From Felis catus (lineage: Eukaryota): a stretch of DNA of 64,000 nucleotides. Of the stretch, positions 52,096 to 64,000 are shown one piece after another (within the stretch, counting starts at the first letter, position 1; each line of letters begins with the position of its first letter). A program made the position numbers and the translations under genes. Under the pieces are notes generated by a model. That model worked only from the letters and a program-made list of their open reading frames with translations. It was not told the DNA's origin and made no database searches. Location: assembly GCF_018350175.1 (NCBI RefSeq), contig NC_058374.1, positions 132,866,001 through 132,930,000 of the forward strand, given 5' to 3'.

Positions 52096-53739
52096 CAGGA
52101 CAGCTTTCTTGCACCACGCGACGCCCGGCGATCCCGGCTGCTGCCGTCCAGGTTCGGGTTTCGGGTTTCGGGGTGGGAGTGTGGGGTCGGGGCACCCTTC
52201 GGCCTCAGCTGGTTCTTTGCAGCCAGCACCACATGGCTGCGGCTTCCGGCTGCCTCTGACTCGCGGCCTTCCGAGGCCAGGCTAGACACCCCTCGTGGGC
52301 CTGCTGAGGCCCTGGTCAGGTTGGGCCGGGCCACCATCCCCCGGCCCCCCCCCCCCCCCCGCCCCGCCACCTGGTTGGGGGATGGGGAGGGGTTGGGGAG
52401 GATGAGACCTAGCTCCGCAAAGGGGTGTACATGGCAGCAGGTGGGCTCTCACTGTTAGGAAGGCTACAGCCACCCTAGGTAGTCCCTTAATGGAGAGTGC
52501 CTCAGTTTCCTCATCTGTAAAATGGGATTTAGCCCCTAATATGGTGGGAGTGAGGAGGAACTGGTAAATTAATACGGGTAAGTCACCCAGAGCTGGGACT
52601 GGAGGTCAGCACCCAGCCACTGTTTGCAGGGGATATTACAGACATGCACTCCCATTCTGGGCGGGAAGGAGGTGCCCAGGAGGTTGCTGCCTTCCCGTGC
52701 CCGACCCTGTCTCCTTCCTCGCCTTCCTGAAACCAGCTTAACCTCACCAGGCCTCAGGGGGACCAAACGCTCAGAGGGAGGTAAGGTGTTCTGCAAGGTC
52801 ACACGGCATTTAAAGAGCAGAAGCAGGACTAGAACCCAGGTCTCTGAATGCTGAGGAAGAGCGTGTGTGAGTATGTAGGAGTGTGAGTGTGTGCAAGTTT
52901 GAGTGTGTGTGTTGGGGGCGCCTGGCATCTTGGGCTTTGCTTTTGCTTCTTTCTTTCCATCTTCCTTCGGGCTCTATGTGTCTCTGTCTCCTTGCCCTGG
53001 TCTCTGGTTCTCGTCTTTCTCTCTGTGCCCCCGCCCTCTCTGTCTCAAAGTCCTCTCTCTTTCCATCTCTTCCTCCGTCACCCCCAGCCCCCAAGCTCCT
53101 GGCCTCTCTCCACCTTCAAATTGAAAACCCAAATGGAATTTCCAATTGCCTTTTCCGAGTGGTGATTGCCAGTCTCTGTGTGTCCAGCCCTCCCTTCTCT
53201 GTGCTGCCTGCCCGGAGTTATTGCTGTCCCTCCTCTCACCTCTGCCTCCCGACTCCTGCCCTCGGTGGCTTTGAAGTGTGTTTACCTGAGAGCTCCAGAG
53301 AGAATCCATTTCTGCCCTGTCTGGTTTTCGGTTGATGTGTGAGGGGGCTGCTTTCAGCCTCTGGTCTCCTCTGTCCCTCTCAGAGTCTCTCGGGCTTTCT
53401 TTTCTAAAAGGTGATAGCTTTGTCTCATTCCCTCCTGACCACGCTGTCATCAGGCAGTCACTCCTCTTCAGTTTCCCAGATCAAGGGCAGAGCTTGGAGG
53501 AGGGGCGTCCCCAGGGGTCGGAGGCAGACGCAGATGCTCCAGGTTCCACAGACTGGACTCACACAACTGTGTGCCTCCGAGCAAGCTACCTTCCGTCTCT
53601 GGGCCTGTTGCTTCCTCTGTGAATTGGGCTTTGAGAAGTATTGTCCAGCCCGCCTCCCAGGGCTGAGAGTGGGGAGGGCTTCAGAGCTTCCCGGTTCCTG
53701 GGTCCTGAGGTCTGGAGGGAGCTTGAGTTTGAGAGCCAG

Positions 53740-53905
53740 GCTGTGCAGATTCAAATTCTGGCTTTCCCACTCACTAGCTGTGTGACCTTGTGTAAGTCGC
53801 TTAACCTCTCTGTGCTTCGGTTTCCTCATCTGTGAATTGAATATAATAACGGTCCCTACCTTGTAAGTACTGTTGCAGTGAGGACTGAGTGCAAAGAGCT
53901 TAGGA
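53740..53905 (+). mobile_element. MIR element (representative of many MIR/L2 remnants in the window)
   Basis: ttcaaattctggctttcccactcactagctgtgtgaccttg...cttaacctctctgtgcttcggtttcctcatctgtgaa is the MIR core. Similar pieces at ~14640, 19600, 19870, 20930, 34340, 51240, 57900, 59640 and 60360. Confidence 0.85.
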
Positions 53906-54498
53906 AGGAAAACTGGGCACAGAGTAAGTGCCATATGTTTGTAAATAAATGATGGCCTTAGGTGCCAGCAGGGTGCTTGTGGGACCTGTGCCCACATCTG
54001 TGTGTAGGGCCTGCACGTGTATGTAGCCACCCGACCTCTGTGCTCTTGTGATCAGCACAAGGGGAGGTTTGACGCTACACAGAGTAATGCTCAAGAGCCC
54101 GGAGCCTGCAGGTCTGAGTTCAAATGCAACCTTTGTCACTTACCAGTGTGTGGCCTGGGGAGGCCACGTCACTTCTCTGAGCTTCGTGGGGTTTTTTGGG
54201 GGGACTGATGGTACCTCCCTCACAGGTCTGTTGAACCTAGGAGCCTGGCGGTGTGCAGACAGGGAGGTGGTTCCTGGTGAGTGAGGGGCCGGGTGATGTT
54301 CACACATTCGTTTTACACTCTTAGCAAATGCCCCTTGGTTTTATGACCCCAAGGTTTTCAGGGTTCAGGGTGGTGGCCCAGATACAGGCCCCAGGGACAG
54401 CAGCCCCATCCCGGGGTCCAGGCAGAGGCAGAGTGGATTCTTTTCAGTGATTTGAAAATATGAAATTTTTGGCACGACTGATTTTAAGAACTTAGTAG

Positions 54499-54722
54499 AG
54501 GGGCGCGTGGGTGGCTCTGTCGGTTCAGTGTCCAACTTCGGCTCAGGTCATGATCTCACGGTTTGTGGGTTCGAGCCCTGTGTCGGGCTCTGTGCTGACA
54601 GCTCAGAGCCTGGAGCCTGCTTCGGATTCTGTGTCTCCCTCTCCCTCTGTCCCTCCCCCGCTCACATTCTGTCTCTCTCTCTCAAAAATAAATAATAAAA
54701 CATTAAAAGGGAAAAAACAAAG
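54499..54722 (+). mobile_element. Can-SINE
   Basis: Full SINE body and A-rich tail. Confidence 0.92.
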
Positions 54723-55069
54723 TTACAGGGAGAGGAAGGGATGAGCTTGGAAGACTCAGGGGAGGACTTGGGTGGCTGTCACCAAGCCGACACCCCTCCC
54801 CTAGCCAACTTGTACCCTGAGAACTCCCTAGCAGAGAGAGAGTCAGATGGTGGGGAGTCCCAGAGGCAGAATGAATGGAGCCCAGACTCTTGGGACTTGG
54901 CTGTACCGTGAGACCTTGAGTAAGTCCCTTCTCTGCTGGGGGGCGGGGCTTAGGGTCCCCCTGTGCGCAGTGGGTAAATAGTGGGAGGGAGTGTCGGGGC
55001 AGGGCTGGGGGGTGGTTTCTGGCTCCCCAGGGAATGGGGAGGGTTTGGTCCTTTCCAGCCTCAGCTTTT

Positions 55070-55144
55070 TAATTCTAATTACATCTCCATTAAAATGCAA
55101 ATTTATAGGAAACACAGGATTGGAAGCCCTGTTGTCATGGCAAC
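55070..55144. promoter_or_regulatory. Candidate enhancer: TAAT sites, octamer and RFX X-box
   Basis: ATGCAAAT 55095-55102; GTTGTCATGGCAAC 55131-55144; several TAAT/ATTA cores just upstream. Confidence 0.55.
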
Positions 55145-56199
55145 TGGAGACTGCTGTGGGGGGGGGGGTGGGAACTGGTCTCCATCTCCAGATCCTTCCT
55201 GACCAAGCTGGTACCTGTCCGGAGGCCCCCCTCCTCTCCCTCTCAAACTCAGCATCTCACGCACAGCTTGAGGGTCTCCTATGCTGAGGCTAGGTCTTCA
55301 TGGTAGAGGAGCTGGGTAACTGCATGAATCATTTCCCTTTCTTGGCCTCAGTTTCCCCATCTGTGAATTGGGTCTACCATTATAGGCTTCTCTTGCAGGG
55401 TGAATCCTGGGGATTGAGTAAATTACCGTGTAGGAGGACATCAGGGAAAGGGGTCTGCCCTCCGGATGCAGTTCCAGGGTACTTGATGAAGGTACTGGAC
55501 CCCTCCCCGTGTGGCTCTAGGTGTGCCCTGCCCTGGAGTTCTAGCGTCTGCTCCGTCCGTGAACAAGGAGCCCAAAGATGGTGTGGGGTGACCTTCCAGT
55601 GCTGTCCAGGCTCAGTTCTTCAGGCTGATGCTGCCCCGATACTAATCCTGTAGCCATGTGACTTGATACTGTTCTTTTCTTGCAAGGGAGACAGGGATAC
55701 CTAAACAGTGAGGGGTGTGTGTGGGTCTTTCTGCCCTGACTGAATCTGAAAATAAGGGACAATAAAGAAGGGAAGGAAAAGAGAGCTGGCAAAAGAAGCA
55801 GGAAGGGACGAGTGTGTGGAGGAGGAAGGTGTTTCTCTTTTTGCCTCTGCTGCTAAGAAGCTCAGATCGCAGTGTGTGATTATTGCCTTGCTGCGATGTT
55901 ATTTGTCACATTATCGTCTTACGCTGCTATATTATTCAACTGTAATAAGTGTTCGTTTTAACTTTCTAGTACGTTTAGCTCCTTTCCGTTCCCTAAATTA
56001 TTTCTGATCTCTTATTGTACGTTTTAAGAAATCCTCTTTAGAAGTAGCTGGGAATATAAATCATAAATGAACAATTATGACAGAGAGACAGAGAACAAGC
56101 ATGGGTTGTTCTGCACAAGCCTTTCAGCCCCTAACCCTCTGGGTGATTGCGGCCTTATGCTAAGTGCCAGGAGGGGAAGGCTGGGAGTGGTGAGGGGTC

Positions 56200-56695
56200 T
56201 GATGACTGAGTTTGAGGTCTTCGCACGAGGCCGGGGATAACCCGCCCCAGCAAGAACAAAGGTGGGGCTGAAGGGGATGATCTTGGCGGGGCCAGTTGTT
56301 GAACAAGATGGCGGCTCAGCGCCCAGAAGAGGCCAGAGAAGGTGCATTAATTCTCTTACGGATCATGACAGGAGAGTGCTGTGTGTTTACACCATCTCCC
56401 CCGCTTCTGCCGTGGCTTCTCTTGCAATTAGGCAGGGCCAGTTCTGGCTGATGAAATGTTGGTGGAGGGGATGACGCCACTCTGGGCCTGGCTTGGCTCT
56501 CGAAGGCATCCCTTGCGGTCTCCAGCTCATTTTTCTTGCTCCCACCACCTTGGTACAGTGTGCTGTGGGTGGCAGGGCACTATCCAGTTGGACTATGGCA
56601 CATATAAGCAATAAACTACCGTTCTGTTAAAGTTCTGAGACCGCGCAGGATCTATTTGTTACGGCAGCATGGTCTAGGATACCCTGACGAATACA
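56200..56695 (+). mobile_element. MLT1-type solo LTR remnant
   Basis: 3' end aataaactaccgttctgttaaag...tttgttacggcagcatggtctaggataccctgacgaataca is typical of MLT1J/K/L; the 5' limit is approximate. Confidence 0.65.
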
Positions 56696-59600
56696 CCTCC
56701 TGGTTCCTCTCCTAAGAGTCCCCCCAGGACCTCCCAGGAGGTTGAGCTGAGGCTCTGGGATGACCTGTGTCTGTAAGGGGCGGGCATGGAAGCAGAATCA
56801 GGAAGAGGAGGCTTTGTCATGGCTTCAGGGTCCTGTGTCTGCTCCCTCGTGAAAACCCCAGTCGGTCCCTGAGGTCTAGGCTTAAAGAATGAAGAGGACC
56901 TTGGGGCCTGGGCCTTGGCCCCTCTACTTCCAAGGCCACGAGCTTGAGGCCTGTGGGTTCCTGGGGCTTCGTCAACCACAGAGGAGGAAACCTGAGGGTC
57001 CCAAGATGACTTGTGGGGGGGGGGGCAGAGAGAAGAGCAAGGGTCAGAGGCTGGGGCTTTCTTCCCACCTCTGCTGTCCTTGCTGGCCGCCCAGGACAGT
57101 CAGCCCCTTTTAAGCCTCCTTTGCCAACCCAGAGAAAGCATGAAAATGTCCGAATCTGTTCAGCCCACACAGGTGGAGTTGAGGGTGCAGGGGGACAGGG
57201 GCTGGGCAGGTGGTAGTCACTTCTCTGGATCTCAGCCCCTGACTGGTGTGTCCTGAGAGGCCACATCTGGGTGAGGAGCCCTGGACCAGGAGTCAGCATG
57301 CAGCCAGAGGGGGATGGCAGGATGTCAGAGGAGGAAGCAAAGTTAGAGACTGTACTCAAGACGGGCCAGGTTGGTCCATCCCACCCCGGCCGGTCCAGCC
57401 CAGCCGGTGCTCCCCGAGTCTTTGCCCTGTGCCTGCCCTGTGCTGGTCTTTAGAGACGCAGAGAAGCATTCCTCTGTCCCCACCATCAAGGAGTCTGGTG
57501 GGAAGCCTGGCCAACAGTGACCCCTGAGTTGGTGTGATGAGGGCTGGCAGGCAGGAGGAAGAGAGGAGGGGAAGGAGGAGGGCAGGACTGGCTACATCTT
57601 CGTGGAGCCCAGTGCAAAATAAAAATGAGGGGCCTCTCGTTCAGCAGTTATTAAGACAATAACAGCCAAGCAGTAAACCAAGCAATGCAGCCTTTCTGTG
57701 TGCGGGAGGGTTGGAGGGGGACTGTGTGTGACTGCACCAGTCACGCCCCGGTGATGCTGTCCTGCCCGACGGCATGGGGAGCCTTGGGCCTTCAGCTTGG
57801 CTGGACAACCCCCACCGCACCCCAGTTACCATGGTGGCTTCCAGCTCCGCCTGTGGGGCCACATGGTCTGCTTCCGAGCCAGCTGGGACTAGAGGCCAGA
57901 GACTTGCCCTTGCCTGTGCCTCAGTTTCCTCATCTGCAAAATGGAAAGCATAACAGCACCCACCTTCAAGGGTTGTTGTGGGGATTCTGTGGGCCGATGC
58001 TCTGGTTAGGTCTGGAGTCTTGGGCCTGGGGCAGTAATCACTCCACAGATTTAAGTTACAGCCACCACCCCTCCCCCTCCTTCCTTGCTGCGTTTCTCCG
58101 CAGCGCTTCGCACTTTCTGGCTACCGAATGTTTTACTTCTTATTCTTATTTGTCTTCTTAATCACAGTCTAGGGACTGCAGGGCTTCTATATACCCTGTT
58201 CTCACCTATAGCTGCAGAGCCTCCAATGGTTTCCGCCTCTTAGCAGGTTCAAGCCGGATGTTTGTTGAATGAATGAGTGAATGTCAAACCATTTGTTTAG
58301 GTAAATAGTCATTACTGAGCACCCACTCCGTGCCAAAGATCTTCAGGGAATTCAGCCTGGGCGAGGTTTGAGGCACAAAGCGGAGCAGCAGGGTGGCAGT
58401 GTGTGTGAGAGGTCGGAAAGCCTGCAGGGGCATGTGGGGGAGCCCACTCAAGGTGGCCACAGACTCCAGGACAGGAAGAGGGGCTGAAAGGCTCAGTCTC
58501 AGTTGTCTGGCTGTAACCTGTCCCGGGGAGCTTGCTCTTTAGTGGGAAGAGTGTTCCCTAGCAAGATAGCCCTCAGATTTGGGAAGTTCTCCCTGAAGCT
58601 GGGTTGTCTGCCAGATTCTGTGCTCGAGTTCACATCCCCGGAATTGCCCAGAGGGAGGCACAGCCTGGTCTGAGGACAGTGGACCTTGGCAGCCTCGCGC
58701 CAAGAAGGAGTCCTAGAACGGCGCACCCCCCCCCCCCCCCCGCCCCTTGCTGGGGCACTGGCAGGGTGGACACCAGCAGGAGATGTCCTAATGCATCCTG
58801 GCAGCTGGATTCAACTCCTTTCCTGAGCAACAGGCACGAGGAGGACTGACTGGTGAATCCACTCGCCATGGTTGAGCCATCCGAGGCTGTCTAGCTTCCC
58901 TGTGAGCTCAGAGCTCCCCAGGCTCTCCATGGCCTCCTGGGCACTTCCTCCTACTCTTGAATGCCCCACAGACCTCTCAGCCTCCACCTGCCCCAAATGG
59001 AGCCTGCTCTCCTCCCCCAAACCTGCTCCTTCTCCCCTTTCTTCTGTCTCACCCCAGCAGGAAACTGGGGTGCCATCCTCCCCTTTTCCTGTAACCTACA
59101 TGAGAGGAGTCATCTGTCCTGTAGATTCAAACTTCGAAATCACTCTCAGACTCTCCCACCTCTCCACCCCCAGGACCACGCTCCCAGTCCTCCCCAACAC
59201 TGCCTCCCCTCTGCCACCAGGCTCACCTCCTTCAGATGCGTCCTAGGTCCTAGCGGCAGGAGTTGCTGGGAGGCCCAGTTGGGGAGCAGACAGTGGAGGG
59301 TAGTTTTTCCTGCATAGCCGGTAGTCCACATGGGGCCTCCGTGCCTCCTGTGCCTGCCCCTGGGTTGGCAACAATCCTCCTTCCTCATACAAACCAATAG
59401 TGTGCTTGGAGCCCCATGGCTTCTGCACAGACAGGCTCACGGACCCCATCAGTCCTGGGAGTAGGGGGCTGGCCTGTGACTCCACCCTAGGTCTGGTCCC
59501 AGGATCACCCCTTTTTCTGACTCTGCCCTCCCTTCTCTGCCAGATGACCTCCTCCTGTGTCTCCCCAGGCCTGCTTGCTCCATTGCCTCCCACCTCTTCC

Positions 59601-60081
59601 CTGGTACTCCTTGGGGGAGGGAGCAGAATGTGGTGGTGAAGGGCATGACTCTGGAGCCAACTGCCTGGGTTCAGATCCTGGCCCCCTTCCCCCCGTATGG
59701 GCTGTGTGAGCTTGGACAAGTTACTTAAACTCTCTGTGCCTTAGTTTCCTCATCATATGTGCTTTACGATAATGCCAACCCTGTATGTTGCTGTGAAGGT
59801 TAACTGAACACATTCTAAGTGCTTTATGAATGTAGCTATCATGTTTTTGGTGCCCGTTCATTTACAGAGTGCTTTTCCAGTTGGCATCTGGTCCTCACAC
59901 TTAATCTGTGACACAGGTGTCAGACCCATTTGAGAAATATGGAAAATGGGATCCCTACTTACACAGTGCAGTGGAGAGGCTGGGACTTGGGGGTCAGACC
60001 TGGCTGTGATTTCAAGCCATGTCATTTCCTCTGTGTTTTGGGTGGGGGGCTACTCTTTTTGACCCTGTTTCCTGACCTTTA

Positions 60082-60300
60082 TTATTATTATTTTTTTAAT
60101 ATTTGTTTTTGAGGGAGAGACAGACAGACAGACCATGAGTGGGGGAGGGGCAGAGAGAGAGGGTGACAGAGAATCTGAAGCAGGCTCCAGGCTCGGAGCT
60201 GTCAGCATAGAGCCCAACATGGGGCTCGAACCCACGAACCGTGAGATCACGACCTGAGCCAAAATTGGACACTTAACCAACTGAGCCACCCAGGCACCCC
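60082..60300 (-). mobile_element. Can-SINE with 16-bp TSD (one mismatch)
   Basis: tgtttcctgaccttta 60066-60081 and tgtttcctgatcttta 60302-60317. Confidence 0.93.
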
Positions 60301-60668
60301 ATGTTTCCTGATCTTTAGATTCAGGGTTATAAGCCTTACTTTGCAGGATTTTGAGAACCTACTCCTTCCTCCCTGCATGACCTTTGGCCAGGTTACTTGT
60401 CTCTCAGTGCTTTAGTCTCTGCATCTGGAAAATGGGTCTAGAGCTGTTGGGAAAATGAAACAAGTTAATGTGTGAAAATGCTTAGAAGAGCACCTAGCAT
60501 ATAACAGAGACTCTGTGTTTGCTACTGGTACGATGATTATTATTCGTTGAGGAAATTTGCACATACGCAGAAGATTTCCCAAACATTTCCAGAAGTTTCA
60601 TCCCTGGCGTGTCAGCATTCTTGGATTAGACACCCCCTAGGGTTCTTTGTCAGAGGTATGTGTGCGTG

Positions 60669-60671
<3 letters not shown>

Positions 60672-60705
<34 letters not shown>
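60672..60705. repeat. (TG)n microsatellite
   Basis: Pure TG run. Confidence 0.95.
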
Positions 60706-60707
<2 letters not shown>

Positions 60708-62645
60708 GAGACCCCTATGGGGTTGGGGCTTGTGGGCAGGAGCTTTAAGCCAGACAGAGCACTATTGAGTCCTGGTCATCCCTCTTATCTACGATGTGGC
60801 CTTGAGCAAGTCATTTCCTCTCCTTTGAACCTTTATTTCCTCTTTCGCAAAATGCAGAAGGTAAAACTGTGAGCTTAAAGTTAAGTCAGATAAAGTGTCT
60901 GACAAGAAAAGACCCTCAAGAGATGATCGCAATAATTATGATACTCCAGTACATGGCAATCCAGAACCAACTCCCTGGCTCTGTGTATGAGGACTGTCTT
61001 TTAAAGTACCCGGGCAGGGGGCTTTCCCCTCTGCCCCTTCCTTCCTCCAGGGAAGTTGCCTGACCTCTGCCCAGCATACTGCTTGTCCTAAAGCCCAAGT
61101 GTGAAGGATTCTCTGCATGGAAAGTAGGGGGCACATACAGTCCCAAAGGAAAATGGGACCCTGGCTTCTCCTTCTTCTTTCTCTGAAACAGGAAAGGAAA
61201 TCCTCCCTCCCTCTTGGGAATTACTGAACATTTCCTCAAGACTCCAGCTCAGATCTCCTCAGAGACTCAAATGAATTAAAGATGTAATTAAATTAGGAAT
61301 TGTTCATTATTTGAAGGCTGGGATCCTCTAGGAGGTGGGGTGATGGAGGAGGGGAGGCGGGGCCATCTTTCTGCCAGGGCTCAAAGATTCTCTCCTGAGG
61401 GGTGTGTGTGGCCAAGGCGGGGCCTGGAGGCCCAGGAGAGAGAGCTGGCCTCTTCCCCACTTGTTCCGAGTTCCGTACAGTCCCAGTAAGCTTCAGGATG
61501 TCCCCTGTCTCTTTGGACAACCTAGCACAGAGGTCGTCTTTCAGCCTCAGTGTTCCTCTTCCTCTTTGAGCCTCAGTGTTCTCATCTGAAAAATGAAGCC
61601 AAGTGGGAAGGGAAGATTTTATTAAACTGTCTTTAAGGCTGCTTTAGGTAGTAAGTTTCTATCTAAGAAATTGGAGCCCTCTCCCTTTGAAGACCTGCAC
61701 CACACTGCTTGCTCACGGAGTAATTGTGCAGCCCTCCCCACCAGTCCTAGGGTATTTAGCCAGAAATTTCTTAGGCTCAGCTCCCTCATATAGAAGGAAA
61801 GGGAGCAAAGTAAATGGGTATGACAGTCTCTGGGGAGCTAGCTGCTGGGGATACTGAGATGAGTGTGATACTTCCTGCCCTGTAGTATCCAGTGGGGAGG
61901 CAGAGGAGTTGGGTCTACAAGGAGAAAGTGGGGGAAAGAAAGGCACTTCAGGTGGGGGGAAAGAGCATGTGCAAAGGCTTAGAGGCAGGAGACAGTGTTG
62001 GGATGGGGCAAGTGTAACTGGAACATTGGGGGTGGGGCAGGTGTGTGCCAGGGAACTAGGCTCCTTGCCTGGCATGTGATGGGGAGGGAGAGGGTTAGAG
62101 CTCTTCCATGTTCCCAGAGGAAAACAAAAATTTCAACATTGTCAGAAATGTGATGTAGCTGTGAGGAGTCCATGAAACATCCAGGCACCTTGGGAAACGG
62201 AAGTCACAGCCGTTTGTTCTGACAGTGTGAAAACTCACAGCCTTTTCACTAAGACGGATAATGAAAACACAGGAAAACTAGAAATGCTTTGGTTCAACTC
62301 TGCTGAGGATGTGACTCCCAGCCTGCCCAGTTTCCGCCCTCTGGCCTGGATTCGTTTGTGCGTGTCAACACTTGCCCAGACTTGCAGACATCTCACTCCG
62401 CCTCGGTTCCTCGTTTTGTCAGCCATCTTTGCTTCCAGTGTTCTTGGTCACTGTGGTTATTTGAGAATGATGTCAAAGAAGAAATCGCTCTCTCTCCCTG
62501 AAAACCTCTGGTGGGGGCCACTTCTCTCACAGTCCCTTCTGCCCTGCCTGTCCACCATCACCTCCCCCTCCAACCCTACAGGGCAGCTGGGAGAAGTCTG
62601 GGTGGGAGTGGACACAATCCAGGCTGGGGGAGAGGAGATGGGAGG

Positions 62646-62666
62646 TTCAGCACCGCGGACAGCGAC
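62646..62666 (+). promoter_or_regulatory. REST/NRSF binding element (RE1/NRSE)
   Basis: TTCAGCACCGCGGACAGCGAC matches TTCAGCACCACGGACAGCGCC at 19 of 21 positions, with canonical half-site spacing. Confidence 0.85.
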
Positions 62667-63534
62667 ACATGACAGGCTCAGTAGGAGGTGACTCTTTCGG
62701 CTTTTGACGGGGCTGGGTGGGTGGCCTTGAATGCTGACTCAGAAGGTCGGGTGCAGGGAGCTAGGTTGGGGGGCTGATGTTGTCAGAGTAGCTCCCTTCG
62801 TGCCCAGAGATTATTTTTCCAAAGGAACTCTCTCTCTCCTTTGTTCCCCAAAGCCTTGACCACCCTGTTCCCAGTCCTCCCCCAGCACACACGCCAGGTT
62901 CCATTTCTTCCTTGCCCTGCAGGTCTTGGGTGTGCTCTCCCTCCCTCCCTGCCCCACTCTCCCTTCTCCAGCCCCCAGCCTGCCTGTCCCTGGGCACTCA
63001 GCCCCACCACCCCAGGCCCTCACCCCTGACTCCTGGGGGAGTTTCTGGCCTGGCAGTCACAGGAGGATCTGGTGTGGCTCATCTCCTTGCACACTGTGTG
63101 ACCTTGGGCAAGTGTTCCCGCCCCTCCCACCTGACCTCCTGGCTTCAGAAAGGGGCTGTTTGGACCATGTCATTTCTGAGCTTGGAGCCAAACCCCATGG
63201 TCAGCTCTTGGCAGCCACTACCCTGGTGGGGAGAGCTGTAGGCAAGGGCAGGATGCAGGATGTGTGCTGGCTGCTGCAGGAGAACACAGACAGGACCAGG
63301 CTGGCTTGGGAGAGGGAGGGGGGGCTCCAATGGTGTTTGTGTGTGTGCTGGGGAGGGGAGGCGAGGGCGGAGAGAGAAACGCAGAGGAGCTGCTGGACTA
63401 GAACAGAAGAACCCCTTAGCCTGTATATTTAGCTCATCGAGGTATATAAACAGAAACCTGGAGCGGACTCAATGCTCCCCCCCAAGCGTGAGTCATCAGT
63501 GCTGCTGCAGCTAAAGTTAGGCTCCAATCACAGG

Positions 63535-63846
63535 CTCTCTCCCCTCTCCCCTCTCCCCCTCCCCTCCCCCTCTCCCGGCTCTTCTCCCCCTCCCCTCTCC
63601 CCTCCCTTCCTCACTCCATCCCCTTACTGCCTCCTTATCTCCTTATCACTTCTTCCCACCTCTCCCCTCTCCCCTCCCACCTTTCTCCCTAAGTCTTTCC
63701 TGGATGCTCTAAACTCCATTTCTCCCTGATCTGCCCTTCCCCTTGTGTGCTCTCCCTCTTTTCCTTGATTTCCGCCCCCATTTGTATTCTTCTCCTCTTT
63801 CTTTTTCCTCTGTCTCTCTCACTCTTCAGTGTGTCCTTCCCTCTTC
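63535..63846. repeat. Polypyrimidine (CT-rich) low-complexity tract
   Basis: About 310 nt of mostly C/T on the + strand, purest over the first ~80 nt. Confidence 0.85.
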
Positions 63847-64000
63847 CTGAGTGCATTTGGGAAAAGGGTGTCTTTGAACTTGCACTTCGTTTGAACCTAG
63901 TGATAACAACATGCATGTGTCTGTATGTACTTGAGAGGGGGTGTGCCTGTGTCTGTGTGAATTTGTGTCTCGGTGTGAGGGTGTATTTAACAAAAACGAT

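Noticed and set aside
52000-64000. CACNA1I exons
   Set aside because: No channel-like ORF or large CpG-island first exon is present in the window.

Overview
Mammalian, GC-rich euchromatin. The tRNA-derived Can-SINEs of feliform type and a cat-type L1 3' end point to a felid or other feliform carnivore. The assembly has several N gaps. Gene order matches human 22q13.1 as I recall it: MIEF1 (+, with its upstream microprotein ORF MIURF/AltMiD51), ATF4 (+, with its complete uORF leader) and RPS19BP1/AROS (-). Two tail-less retrocopy fragments are present: an RPL23A 5' piece at ~17.0 kb and an internal DCTN1 piece at ~49.8-50.9 kb. The window also holds a young 5'-truncated L1 with a perfect 19-bp TSD, about 20 Can-SINEs, and old MLT1, MER20, MIR and L2 remnants. 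Beyond a strong CTCF motif at 52.08 kb, a gene-free 12 kb carries neural-type motifs (octamer plus RFX X-box, a P3 homeodomain site, a near-perfect REST/RE1). By synteny this may be distal regulatory DNA of CACNA1I, which is not in the window. No prokaryotic-type systems are present, and most ORFs in the track are GC-rich or repeat noise. The core genes are known. The plausibly undescribed items are the stacked small uORFs in the MIEF1 leader, the two tail-less retrocopies, a duplicated codon in the ATF4/uORF2 overlap, and the insulated neural motif cluster. Comparisons with human genes and repeat consensi are from memory, not from database searches.
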